Positions 19,485 through 28,054 of a stretch of DNA of 36,840 nucleotides are shown one piece after another. Each line of letters begins with the position of its first letter. The first letter of the stretch is position 1. Both the position numbers and the translations under genes were made by a program. Under the pieces are notes generated by a model, which made no database searches, was not told the origin of the DNA, and saw only the letters and a program-made list of their open reading frames with translations. The stretch is taken from the sequence record SRR22947725_4797, one strand, 5' to 3'.

Positions 19485-20077
19485 TACGACTTGATCCAGT
19501 CGACCTGTAGTGTGAACGGTCCATCCTGCTTATCGTAGATCATAAATTCGATACTACGGATCTTAGACTTGATCAGTAGATGTTCATCTTTTGACAGCGA
19601 CCTCCCCCGCCAGCTTACATCCATTTCATCAAAAGGAATCCTTACCTCCTGCCAACCATTTCCGGTTGTAAAATTTGAGCGGTAAGAAACAGACTTCCCT
19701 TCCATACGAACGCCCAATTTATAGGTTCTACCATCTCCCTTGTACCGAATATGTAGACCCTCCTTATCACCCAAACTGAAATCTGATGGATTTGTACGGA
19801 TAGAAGAGAACCCACCACCATTCGTATTGGTAGTTCCCGAGAAAATTAACCTCTTCTTCTTGAAAGAAAAGCCACCTTCGGAACGACCCCCCATTACATT
19901 ATCATTCACAGTTATCCAATTCGTAGCGGGATTGTCTTCAGTGAAATCGTAAATTAGGTTTTCCATTTCTTTTTGTTTTTTCTTTTTATTGATAGCCAAA
20001 GAGTAAGGAACACACGCGAGACAAAAAAAGGTAATTAAAAGGTAACCGTGAGAGAAACTCGTTGATAAATAGTTCAT
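19481..20077 (-). CDS. CIA30 (NDUFAF1-like / carbohydrate-binding-fold) family protein
   Basis: W.TVNDNVMGGRSEG, NGGGFSSIR, KGDGRTYK, WQEVRIPF, DKQDGPFTLQVDWI. Hydrophobic N-terminus is a possible signal peptide. Confidence 0.88.
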   Translation of the reverse strand: MNYLSTSFSHGYLLITFFCLACVPYSLAINKKKKQKEMENLIYDFTEDNPATNWITVNDNVMGGRSEGGFSFKKKRLIFSGTTNTNGGGFSSIRTNPSDFSLGDKEGLHIRYKGDGRTYKLGVRMEGKSVSYRSNFTTGNGWQEVRIPFDEMDVSWRGRSLSKDEHLLIKSKIRSIEFMIYDKQDGPFTLQVDWIKSY

Positions 20078-20083
20078 TATATT

Positions 20084-20111
20084 AACTTACTCTCAATAAA
20101 TATACAGTCAA
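20084..20111 (-). promoter_or_regulatory. Putative sigma70 promoter of the CIA30 gene (leaderless arrangement)
   Basis: Minus strand: TTGACT (20111-20106), 16 nt, TAAGTT (20089-20084), 6 nt, ATG (20077). Confidence 0.55.
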
Positions 20112-20198
20112 GGTAAGCATTCGTACGACTCTTGTCATGAACGTAAATCAGCAAAACGAAAATCTTTAATTGATACTATGTATCTAAGCTAACTTATG

Positions 20199-20585
20199 CT
20201 ACCAAAGGATCGAAACTGGGTATTTGCTCAGTTCTTCCTCATTTGTCAATAGGTACAAATCCTCGGCTAAAGCAGTTGCAGCCAGTATCCGATCAATCGC
20301 ATCGTCATGGTGATAGGGAAGTTCCGCGAGTCGATAACAATACTCACGGGTCATTCCAATCGATTTGATATTCCAAATTTTAACCTGCTCCTTTACCCAT
20401 CTCCTTGGAGTAACAGGCATTTCCAGACTACCATCATTATATTTAAGGGAAAGTTCCAGAACAGATGCATCACTTAAATAAAACTCATTCTTTTGATCTG
20501 AAAGAACCTCACTGGCCAGTCTACTTAATTTAGATGGCTCAGAAGTCAGCCAAATAAAAGGGAAAGTGTCGAGTAGTACCCGCAT
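20199..20585 (-). CDS. vapC: PIN-domain toxin, VapC family
   Basis: 128 aa. MRVLLDT, SDASVLEL, HHDDAIDRILAATA and LLTNE match the PIN pattern. Overlaps the antitoxin stop by 1 nt (TAATG). Confidence 0.9.
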   Translation of the reverse strand: MRVLLDTFPFIWLTSEPSKLSRLASEVLSDQKNEFYLSDASVLELSLKYNDGSLEMPVTPRRWVKEQVKIWNIKSIGMTREYCYRLAELPYHHDDAIDRILAATALAEDLYLLTNEEELSKYPVSILW

Positions 20586-20818
20586 TAGAAATAAACAACA
20601 GTATCACCCACGCTGCCCGCGACTTCGCGTTTTTCAACAATCTTAATGGGTTTGGAGGTAACGGTTCCGACTTCGGGTCTTTGCTCGTTGGGCAGTTGAG
20701 AACATGGAACTAAGCGAGCAATTGGCTTCTTCCCTCGAGCTAGCACAACCTGCTTTCCATCCTCTACCTGCAAAAGTAATTTAGACAGATTTGTTTTTGC
20801 AAAGTGGACGGTGTACAT
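20585..20818 (-). CDS. Phd/YefM-family antitoxin
   Basis: 77 aa. TVHFAKTNLSKLL..VEDG..VVLARGKKPIARLVP is the Phd/YefM DNA-binding pattern, directly upstream of vapC. Confidence 0.9.
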   Translation of the reverse strand: MYTVHFAKTNLSKLLLQVEDGKQVVLARGKKPIARLVPCSQLPNEQRPEVGTVTSKPIKIVEKREVAGSVGDTVVYF

Positions 20819-20821
20819 ATA

Positions 20822-20852
20822 ACTAAGCTAATAAATTTATTAGCTTAGTCAA
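20822..20852 (-). promoter_or_regulatory. TA operon promoter with overlapping 28-bp perfect palindrome (putative autoregulatory operator)
   Basis: ACTAAGCTAATAAA|TTTATTAGCTTAGT at 20822-20849 is self-complementary. Minus strand: TTGACT (20852-20847), 16 nt, TAGCTT (20830-20825), 6 nt, ATG (20818). Confidence 0.8.
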
Positions 20853-20933
20853 ATAATATTATGTTTATTTGCTTCAAATCTGACATTGCTGGAGGGTCAA
20901 TGTATTAAAATCGAAATTTGAGACGATGTAGCC

Positions 20934-20963
20934 TTGCTTTTTTATCTGCCGAATGAGTAATTT
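20934..20963 (+). promoter_or_regulatory. Possible promoter for the oxidoreductase operon
   Basis: TTGCTT (20934-20939), 18 nt, TAATTT (20958-20963), 30 nt upstream of ATG 20994. Confidence 0.3.
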
Positions 20964-20993
20964 TTAGATTCTTCGATTCAAAACTATAGAAAG

Positions 20994-22250
20994 ATGAAAA
21001 AAATACCTTATTCTCAAACCCGCCGTAGTTTTCTGAGCAAATCTGCCACCGGTGCTACCGCAGCATCTATATTACCCAGGCATATTTTTGGTGCACCTCA
21101 TGTTCCACCCTCTGAAAAATTCGGTACCGCCTTAATAGGTTGTGGCGGAAGGGGTCCAGGTACCTATTCTCAATTATGCAAGGGATTGGATGTTGAACTT
21201 GTGGGGGCATGCGATGTGGACACAAATAAAGCCAAAAGATTTTCGCTTGCCCGTAGCAAGGGTAAGGCAGAATCATACCAGGATTTTCGTCGCTTGCTCG
21301 AAAGAAAGGACCTCGATCTAGTTGCGATTGCGACCCCGCCTCATTGGCATGCAAGCATTTCAATTGCTGCGGCAGAAGCGGGAATGGATGTTCTTTGCGA
21401 AAAACCGATGACTCGTTTTGTTGCTGAAGGCAGAGCGGTTGTTAATGCTTTCAAACGTTATGGGCGAATCTATCAAATTGGTACTTTTGGTAGGTTTAAC
21501 CGAAGCAAGGATAAAGCATCTATCCTCAAGCACAAAATCATGTCCAGCGGACTAATGAAGGACTGCAATGCGGTAAGGATGAAAAAAGGTGGATTAAAAG
21601 TAAAGCAGTGGAGTGGGACACCCGGAATTGGACCACAAACCATACCCGACACATTGGATTGGGATCTTTACTGCGGTCCCTCGCCATGGAAGCCTTACGA
21701 AAGCAGACGGACAGGCGGTACACATCGTGGGTATTGGGACTACGAGGGCGGAGGGATGTGTGATATGGGACAACACCACTTCGACCCCGAACAATGGACC
21801 TATGCCAAGGATCATACTAGTCCCGTTGAAATAACTCCATTTGCCCCACCATCCCATCCGGAGGTCACGGGAATGTGGGCGTGGGTAGAACTTAAATATG
21901 CCGACGGATTTAAATTCGTTATGGAAAGCGGAGAATGGGGCCCATCTTACGAACGTCATCCAGTGCGGGATGTTTCTCTGGATGACCTGTCCAAGGATGA
22001 TCAAGAGAAGATTAAATCAATGCCTGACCCCGAGCCTTTATTGTCATTCGGAGAAGCGGTCAAACAACGCAAACAAGCAGGTGGTCATCCCGAAGCGGCT
22101 CACAGGGCAGCCTGTATTCTCCACTTAGCTAATCTGGCCATCCGTCTGGGTAGAAAATTAAAGTACGACCCTGACAAAGAAGTCTTTATCAACGACAACG
22201 AGGCCAATCGTTTTCTTAATCCACCCATGAGTGCCCCTTGGCGAATCTAA
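20994..22250 (+). CDS. Gfo/Idh/MocA-family NAD(P)-dependent oxidoreductase, Tat-exported
   Basis: Twin-arginine TRRSFL, Rossmann ALIGCGGRG, IATPPHWHA, CEKPM, GGGMCDMGQHHFD. Confidence 0.93.
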   Translation: MKKIPYSQTRRSFLSKSATGATAASILPRHIFGAPHVPPSEKFGTALIGCGGRGPGTYSQLCKGLDVELVGACDVDTNKAKRFSLARSKGKAESYQDFRRLLERKDLDLVAIATPPHWHASISIAAAEAGMDVLCEKPMTRFVAEGRAVVNAFKRYGRIYQIGTFGRFNRSKDKASILKHKIMSSGLMKDCNAVRMKKGGLKVKQWSGTPGIGPQTIPDTLDWDLYCGPSPWKPYESRRTGGTHRGYWDYEGGGMCDMGQHHFDPEQWTYAKDHTSPVEITPFAPPSHPEVTGMWAWVELKYADGFKFVMESGEWGPSYERHPVRDVSLDDLSKDDQEKIKSMPDPEPLLSFGEAVKQRKQAGGHPEAAHRAACILHLANLAIRLGRKLKYDPDKEVFINDNEANRFLNPPMSAPWRI

Positions 22251-22269
22251 TACCCAATAAATACTTAAG

Positions 22270-23100
22270 ATGAATACCAAGGAAATACTAAATGCCTTTC
22301 CCCAACCCGAAGGAAAAATTCTTCGTAATATCGACAAAGAAGCCTGCGAACAGGCAGTCGAACAAATTATCTCAGGAGGAAGGAAGATAACCCGGGCAAT
22401 AATTGACCTCATTCTCGAACCAGGAAACGGCGACGATATCCGCCCAAGACACGCGATTCACGCCACCGCTATTCGAGTGGGAGGAACCGGTAAGGAGATA
22501 GAGAGAAATTCTTTTGCCTCAGCACTCGCAAGTACTCTGACCGACGACCGCCCTAAAGCTGTTAAAGGTTTTGTTATTCGCCAACTACAGGTTTGTGGAG
22601 GGGCCAAGCAGGCAGAGGCTATTGCTTATTTTTTAAACGATTCTGAGGAACATCTCTATGAATACTCAGCACAAGCCCTGGAAGCAATTGGGTCCCTAAC
22701 CATAGACCATTTCCGTACGGCTTATCCTTTAGCAAAAGGTGCTCCACGTATCACAATTCTGCAAGGACTCGGTCTACTCCAAGACAAAAAATCTCGCCCA
22801 TTCTTCCTTTCCGCAATGCAAGATACCGACCTGGAAATTCGACTTGCAGGAATCTGGGGTCTAATGCGAATTTCCTCTGCAAAGGACGCCGAATTAATGC
22901 TTTCCCAATCGCTTAAAGAAAAAGGCTGGGGCCGTATTAAAGCGACAGCATATTGTTTTGAACTGGCTGAAAAACTTGCAAAGAATGGTCAAAGCAAAGA
23001 AGCCAAAGCCATTTACATTAAAATAAAAAAATCGCATTCTGAAAAACAAGATGCTTACCTTCGTGAAACAGCCGACCGTGGGTTGGCACAATTAAAGTAA
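22270..23100 (+). CDS. HEAT-repeat protein
   Basis: Alpha-helical repeats SAQALEAIG, ILQGLGLLQD, DTDLEIRLAGIWGL, LRETADRGL. No signal peptide. Confidence 0.75.
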   Translation: MNTKEILNAFPQPEGKILRNIDKEACEQAVEQIISGGRKITRAIIDLILEPGNGDDIRPRHAIHATAIRVGGTGKEIERNSFASALASTLTDDRPKAVKGFVIRQLQVCGGAKQAEAIAYFLNDSEEHLYEYSAQALEAIGSLTIDHFRTAYPLAKGAPRITILQGLGLLQDKKSRPFFLSAMQDTDLEIRLAGIWGLMRISSAKDAELMLSQSLKEKGWGRIKATAYCFELAEKLAKNGQSKEAKAIYIKIKKSHSEKQDAYLRETADRGLAQLK

Positions 23101-23116
23101 ACCTGAATATCTAGTT

Positions 23117-24364
23117 ATGCGAATAATCTTTCTCCTCTTGCTCCCAGTAGCCTTAATTCAGGCTAAACCCACTTATTGGAATCAATTTCGCGGTCCAAAT
23201 GGAGACGGCGACGCTCAAAACTCTCAACTGCCAGTCCAGTTCTCTGAAACCGAAAATCTGACATGGAAAACGCCTATTTCGGGCAAAGCATGGTCCTCCC
23301 CTGTTGTCAAAGATGGAAAAGTCTGGATTACAAACGCTGAGGAGGACGGATATAAAATGTGGGCTATTCAATTGGACTGGAAGACCGGTAAGCAGATCAA
23401 AAAAGTATTAGTCTTTGAGAACAAAGAACCCCAATTCTGTCATCCTATGAATAGCTATGCGACACCCACTCCTGTAATAGAGGGTGAGTTGGTATTTGTT
23501 CATTTCGGAACACATGGAACTGCAGCACTGGATCTAAAAAGTGGAATAAAAATTTGGGAACGCAGAGATTTTAAATGTGATCATTTTCGCGGTGCTGCAG
23601 CATCTCCAATAACCCACAAAGAAAATGTGATCATACATTTTGACGGGCACGACTTACAATATATCGTCTGCTTGGATCAAAAAACAGGTAAGACGGTTTG
23701 GAAAAAAGATCGGGCTTATGACTTTAAAACTGATAATGGTGACCGAAAAAAAGCGTACTGTACGCCCAGCGTTATCACCCATAACGGAAAAGAAGAATTA
23801 ATAAGCCCCGGTGCAGTGGCCACCGAATCAAGAAATCCAAAAAATGGAGATCTATACTGGACGGTAAGAACCGGTGGAATGAATTCCTCTTCGCGTCCCA
23901 TCTATCGACATGGCATGGTGTATGTGTTCTGTGGAATGGGCTCGATGTCGGCCATAAGACCTGGAGGTTCAGGAGATGTGGACAAAACCCACTTGGTTTG
24001 GAATCGTCGCAAAGTAGTACCCAAAAAATCATCACCTCTTTTACTGGGAGAATATTTATTTATGGTTTCGGACGAAGGGGTGGCATCCTGCAATAATCCG
24101 AAGACTGGGGAGGTGTATTGGGCCGAACGACTGGGCGTGAAAGGTCAATGTGCCTCTTCCCCTATCCATGCAAATGGAAAGATCTATTCTTTTTCAAGCG
24201 ATGGAGACTGTGTTGTTTTTAAACCTGACCCATCGGGTCTAAAAGTGCTGAGTCGCAATAAATTAGATGAGGGTTGTATGGCATCTCCTGCTGTTGTGGG
24301 TAATTCCCTGCTTGTGAGAACCAAGAAAAACTTATATCGCTTTGATCAATCCGATCATAAATAA
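23117..24364 (+). CDS. Secreted PQQ-binding-like beta-propeller protein
   Basis: WNQFRGPNGDG, WSSPVV, YATPTPV, repeated D..TG...W blades, ASPAV, terminal RT..NLYRF. Confidence 0.9.
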   Translation: MRIIFLLLLPVALIQAKPTYWNQFRGPNGDGDAQNSQLPVQFSETENLTWKTPISGKAWSSPVVKDGKVWITNAEEDGYKMWAIQLDWKTGKQIKKVLVFENKEPQFCHPMNSYATPTPVIEGELVFVHFGTHGTAALDLKSGIKIWERRDFKCDHFRGAAASPITHKENVIIHFDGHDLQYIVCLDQKTGKTVWKKDRAYDFKTDNGDRKKAYCTPSVITHNGKEELISPGAVATESRNPKNGDLYWTVRTGGMNSSSRPIYRHGMVYVFCGMGSMSAIRPGGSGDVDKTHLVWNRRKVVPKKSSPLLLGEYLFMVSDEGVASCNNPKTGEVYWAERLGVKGQCASSPIHANGKIYSFSSDGDCVVFKPDPSGLKVLSRNKLDEGCMASPAVVGNSLLVRTKKNLYRFDQSDHK

Positions 24365-24375
24365 ATTTTAAATTA

Positions 24376-25350
24376 ATGAAATCAAAGATCCTCCTAACCA
24401 CATTACTTTTTAACGCTTTGTCCTTATTCGCTAAGGACGCATGGAAATCTCAGCCCAATTGGTTAGAGCTTCCCGACAATCGTGATAAAGTGGGAAATAT
24501 GCATGGTGATATTGCTGTGAGCTCAAATGGTGACGTCTATGTAAGTGTGGGCGACCCCAAGGCCGGCTTGCAAGTTTATGGAGATAACGGAAAGTGGAAA
24601 CGCAATGTTCCCAATGCTCCGAGTGATCTGCATGGCTTCGTTATTAAAAAAGAAGGAAAAGAGGAATTTATCTATGCGGTTCGGGTGGGTGGAGGTGAAC
24701 TCCTTAAATTGACTCTCGACGGTAAAACTGCTTTGAAAATCCCAGCCTCTTCCATTCCCGATGAATTCAAAAGAAAAGGCAAAGACGGAAAACCTTTCGT
24801 CCGGTTGACTGGTGCAGATGTATCCGCAAATGGAGATATCTTTTTGACCGATGGCTATTCTTCCGATCATATTCACCGATTTGATAAAAAGGGTAAGTAT
24901 TTAAACTCGTTTGGTGGAAAGAATGCACCCTATGGATTTCGCACCCTCCACAAACTGGTCATAGATTCACGTTTCAACCCAGCACGGATTATTGGGATGG
25001 ATCGGGCTAACAACCGAGTGGTCCATTTGGGACTCGATGGCAAGTTCATTGGAGTGGTGGAAGAAGGCCTTTTACTTCCAGCCTGCGTTCATATTCATGG
25101 TGACTGGGCGGTTATTGGAGAACTGCGCGGACGGGTGACTATCCTTGATAAAAAAGGCAATATCTATGCCCAAGTTGGGGGAAACAGCAAAAAAGACGAA
25201 ATAGGAACCAACAGAACTCCGCCGACAAAATGGCGCGAAGGCATTGTCACTGCGCCCCATGGTATAACCTGTAATGCCAAGGGTGATATCTTTGTTGCGG
25301 AATGGAACATTACCGGAAGGGTTCACAGGTTTAACCTTGCTGTAAACTAG
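24376..25350 (+). CDS. Secreted NHL-repeat six-bladed beta-propeller protein
   Basis: HGDIAVSSNGDVYV, DVSANGDIFLTDGY, DRANNRV, PHGITCNAKGDIFVAEW; resembles the peptidylglycine lyase-like NHL family. Confidence 0.82.
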   Translation: MKSKILLTTLLFNALSLFAKDAWKSQPNWLELPDNRDKVGNMHGDIAVSSNGDVYVSVGDPKAGLQVYGDNGKWKRNVPNAPSDLHGFVIKKEGKEEFIYAVRVGGGELLKLTLDGKTALKIPASSIPDEFKRKGKDGKPFVRLTGADVSANGDIFLTDGYSSDHIHRFDKKGKYLNSFGGKNAPYGFRTLHKLVIDSRFNPARIIGMDRANNRVVHLGLDGKFIGVVEEGLLLPACVHIHGDWAVIGELRGRVTILDKKGNIYAQVGGNSKKDEIGTNRTPPTKWREGIVTAPHGITCNAKGDIFVAEWNITGRVHRFNLAVN

Positions 25351-25356
25351 GTTACC

Positions 25357-25977
25357 ATGAAAAAAAATACCCGATTAGCCATAAGTACTTTATCTGTATT
25401 ATGTCTTCTCTCTTCTTCGCTTTTAGGAAAAAAGGATATATCTAAAGAATCATCCGATCTTTTAGGCAAACACGGACTCAAGGGATGGAAGGTCCCTGAA
25501 GGCAATGAGGCTTCAAAATGGTATCAGGTAAACAATAATATCCTTGAAGTAAGAAGTGGAAGCAAAAAGAAGGGCTCGGTGCTCTGGACTAAAAAGCAAT
25601 ATCAAGACTTTGAGGTTAGTTTGGAATTTCGTTTTATTGACGGAATCATCGATTCAGGTATCCATCTAAGAAATTCGGATCAAATCCAAATTGGAATTTC
25701 CGGGTCACTCAAGAGAGATATGACCTGCTCTCCATACATTCCGGGTAAAGGTTATCCAGTAGAGGCCAAGAATATTAAAAAACTCCTCAAACCAAAAGAT
25801 TGGAATCAAATGCGCATACGAGCAGTTGGTCAAAATTACACCGTATGGTTACAGGAAGAAGAGGTAATGAAGTATAAATCATCCTCGGCAAAAGAAAAAG
25901 GACCTATAGGTATCCAACTGCACGGAAGTCGAAACATGAAAATTGATTTCCAGGATATTTCGGTTAATGAACTATAG
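25357..25977 (+). CDS. DUF1080 family protein, secreted
   Basis: YQDFEVSLEF, DSGIHLR, WNQMRIRAVG, GPIGIQLHG. Confidence 0.88.
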   Translation: MKKNTRLAISTLSVLCLLSSSLLGKKDISKESSDLLGKHGLKGWKVPEGNEASKWYQVNNNILEVRSGSKKKGSVLWTKKQYQDFEVSLEFRFIDGIIDSGIHLRNSDQIQIGISGSLKRDMTCSPYIPGKGYPVEAKNIKKLLKPKDWNQMRIRAVGQNYTVWLQEEEVMKYKSSSAKEKGPIGIQLHGSRNMKIDFQDISVNEL

Positions 25978-26140
25978 CACGATGGAAGATTCTGGCTCAA
26001 AGCGTGAAGGGAAATTCTTGTTTCTTGTCATTGCTAAATAGTACAACTGAAAGTTCCCCGTGTGCGATGGGATATTAAATCGCTACGCAATGACATGATT
26101 CAGGCTTGCCCTTTTTAAAGTTCAGCCAAATTCTTTTTTC

Positions 26141-27280
26141 ATGCCAAGCAAATCTCCGGTCATTCGATTACTTTCAGATCTTGTCTCTATACCAAGTATA
26201 AACCCATCCCTTGGCCCCTCGAACTCGAACTTAACCGGAGAGGAAGGGGTTGCTAACCTTCTTGCCGATCAAGCGGGCAAATTAGGAATAGAAATCCAAA
26301 GACAGGCAGTTTTACCGGGTCGGAAAAATATTCTTCTTCGCTTAAAGCCCAAGGGTAAAATCAAATCGCGGATTATGTTAGCTCCGCACATGGATGTGGT
26401 ACCGGCTGAAGAAAATGCATTTAAACCAAAAATTAAAAATGGTAAATTACATGGCCGAGGAGCATGCGATACGAAAGGTTCAATGGCTGCCTTCTTTCAG
26501 GCGTTTTGTGATCTGGCGAAAAACGGCCCCTTACCGCTGAGCACAGAAGTTATCTTCGTGGGATTAGTCGATGAGGAATTCGGGCAGGCAGGTTCTCGAA
26601 AACTTGCCAAGTCTGGGCCTCAAGCAGACCTTGCAATTGCGGGTGAACCCACCGAGCTTAAAGTGGTCACTGCCCACAAGGGTAACTCGTGGCTACAACT
26701 ACAAACCACAGGCGTGGCTGCACATGGGGCCACTCCAGAGAATGGTAAAAATGCAATCGAAGCCATGACTCCCATTCTAAAAACCCTATTTCATGATTAC
26801 CCCAAAATATTAGGCAAGCGAACCCACCCGTTACTCGGTTCTCCGACCCTTAATATTGGAAAAATTTCGGGGGGCAACCAACCCAATATTGTCGCCGACC
26901 AATGCACCATTGATTTGGATAGACGAACGATTCCCGGAGAGAATGAGGATTCAATCAAAAAAGAACTCATGGCTCTATTCCGGCAACAAAAACTACCCAT
27001 CCCCCATTTCTCGAGCACTCGTTCTGTTCCATGCCTACCCTTGGATACAGATCCAAATCTTCCCTTCGTTCAAACTCTACTACGGGCATCCAAAAAAAGA
27101 AAAACTCATGGGGTATCCTACTTTACGGATGCCTCTCCAATCGCAATGGGCGGAACTCCGGCAGTTGTTTTTGGTCCAGGTAATATTGCACAAGCACACG
27201 CAAGAGATGAATTTATAGATATTTTACAATTGGAAAAAGCCTACAAAATAATCGGTGTATTTTTAAAAAATATGCCCTAA
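26141..27280 (+). CDS. M20 metallo-amidohydrolase (ArgE/DapE-like)
   Basis: LVSIPSINP, HMDVV, GRGACDTKG, VDEE, GEPT, GVAAHG, FGPG.IAQAH. Substrate cannot be determined from sequence alone. Confidence 0.92.
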   Translation: MPSKSPVIRLLSDLVSIPSINPSLGPSNSNLTGEEGVANLLADQAGKLGIEIQRQAVLPGRKNILLRLKPKGKIKSRIMLAPHMDVVPAEENAFKPKIKNGKLHGRGACDTKGSMAAFFQAFCDLAKNGPLPLSTEVIFVGLVDEEFGQAGSRKLAKSGPQADLAIAGEPTELKVVTAHKGNSWLQLQTTGVAAHGATPENGKNAIEAMTPILKTLFHDYPKILGKRTHPLLGSPTLNIGKISGGNQPNIVADQCTIDLDRRTIPGENEDSIKKELMALFRQQKLPIPHFSSTRSVPCLPLDTDPNLPFVQTLLRASKKRKTHGVSYFTDASPIAMGGTPAVVFGPGNIAQAHARDEFIDILQLEKAYKIIGVFLKNMP

Positions 27281-27376
27281 TTTTTTTCTATACCTAGAGT
27301 TCTCGAATTTGAAAACTTCTTAAAACTTCGAAAAATGTTTTGATTCCAGATCAATTTATCATTCAAATTCATAACT

Positions 27377-28045
27377 ATGATAAAATCATTTTTTCTATTC
27401 TCTATTTTCCTGCTTATAAATTTACCTTCTTACGGAGAAGAATCGAACCATTGGGATATTCTTTTCGATGGTAAAAACTTAAATAATTTCCGTGGCTACA
27501 AAAAAGATAAACCTGGAAACGCATGGACTATTGAAGACAAGTTCATCAAATTAAAAAAAGAAAAAGGCAAAGTAGGTGGAGATTTAATGACCCAAGAAAA
27601 ATATCAATTCTTCGAACTTCAACTTGAATGGTGCCTCCCTAAAGTGGGAAATAGTGGGATTATTTTTCGGGTTGGAGAAACCGATGGTCCTGCTTACAAA
27701 ACCGGTCCGGAGATGCAGATTTTTCATAAAATGAATCCAGGAGGTAAAACGGATACTGGATCCTGCTACGCATTGTATCCACCCAAAGTCGCAAGTATGA
27801 ATAAAATCGGCGAATGGAACAAAGTTCGCCTTATCATAAAACCGGGAAACAAGGTCGAACATCTCATGAACGGAAAACTCCTTTGTTCTTACACCATAGG
27901 GAGCAAGGACTGGCAAAACAGAGTCAACTCGAGTAAATTTAAAAATTGGGAACTGTTTGGAAGCGTGGAAAAAGGGCATATCTGCTTCCAGGATCATGGG
28001 AATGAAGTCTGGTTCCGTAATGTTCGTATTAAATCCCTTCAATAG
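27377..28045 (+). CDS. DUF1080 family protein, secreted
   Basis: LFDGKNL, GGDLMT, GNSGIIF, GPEMQI, GEWNKVR, GHICFQDHGNEVWFRNVRIK. Confidence 0.92.
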   Translation: MIKSFFLFSIFLLINLPSYGEESNHWDILFDGKNLNNFRGYKKDKPGNAWTIEDKFIKLKKEKGKVGGDLMTQEKYQFFELQLEWCLPKVGNSGIIFRVGETDGPAYKTGPEMQIFHKMNPGGKTDTGSCYALYPPKVASMNKIGEWNKVRLIIKPGNKVEHLMNGKLLCSYTIGSKDWQNRVNSSKFKNWELFGSVEKGHICFQDHGNEVWFRNVRIKSLQ

Positions 28046-28054
28046 TCTTTTATT

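Noticed and set aside
25978-26140. Lysine riboswitch upstream of a possible dapE
   Set aside because: Lacks the AGAGG, GCCGAA and ACUGUC consensus blocks and is too short.
27311-27335. AAAACTTC direct repeat before the DUF1080 gene at 27377
   Set aside because: Low-complexity AT-rich sequence; likely chance.
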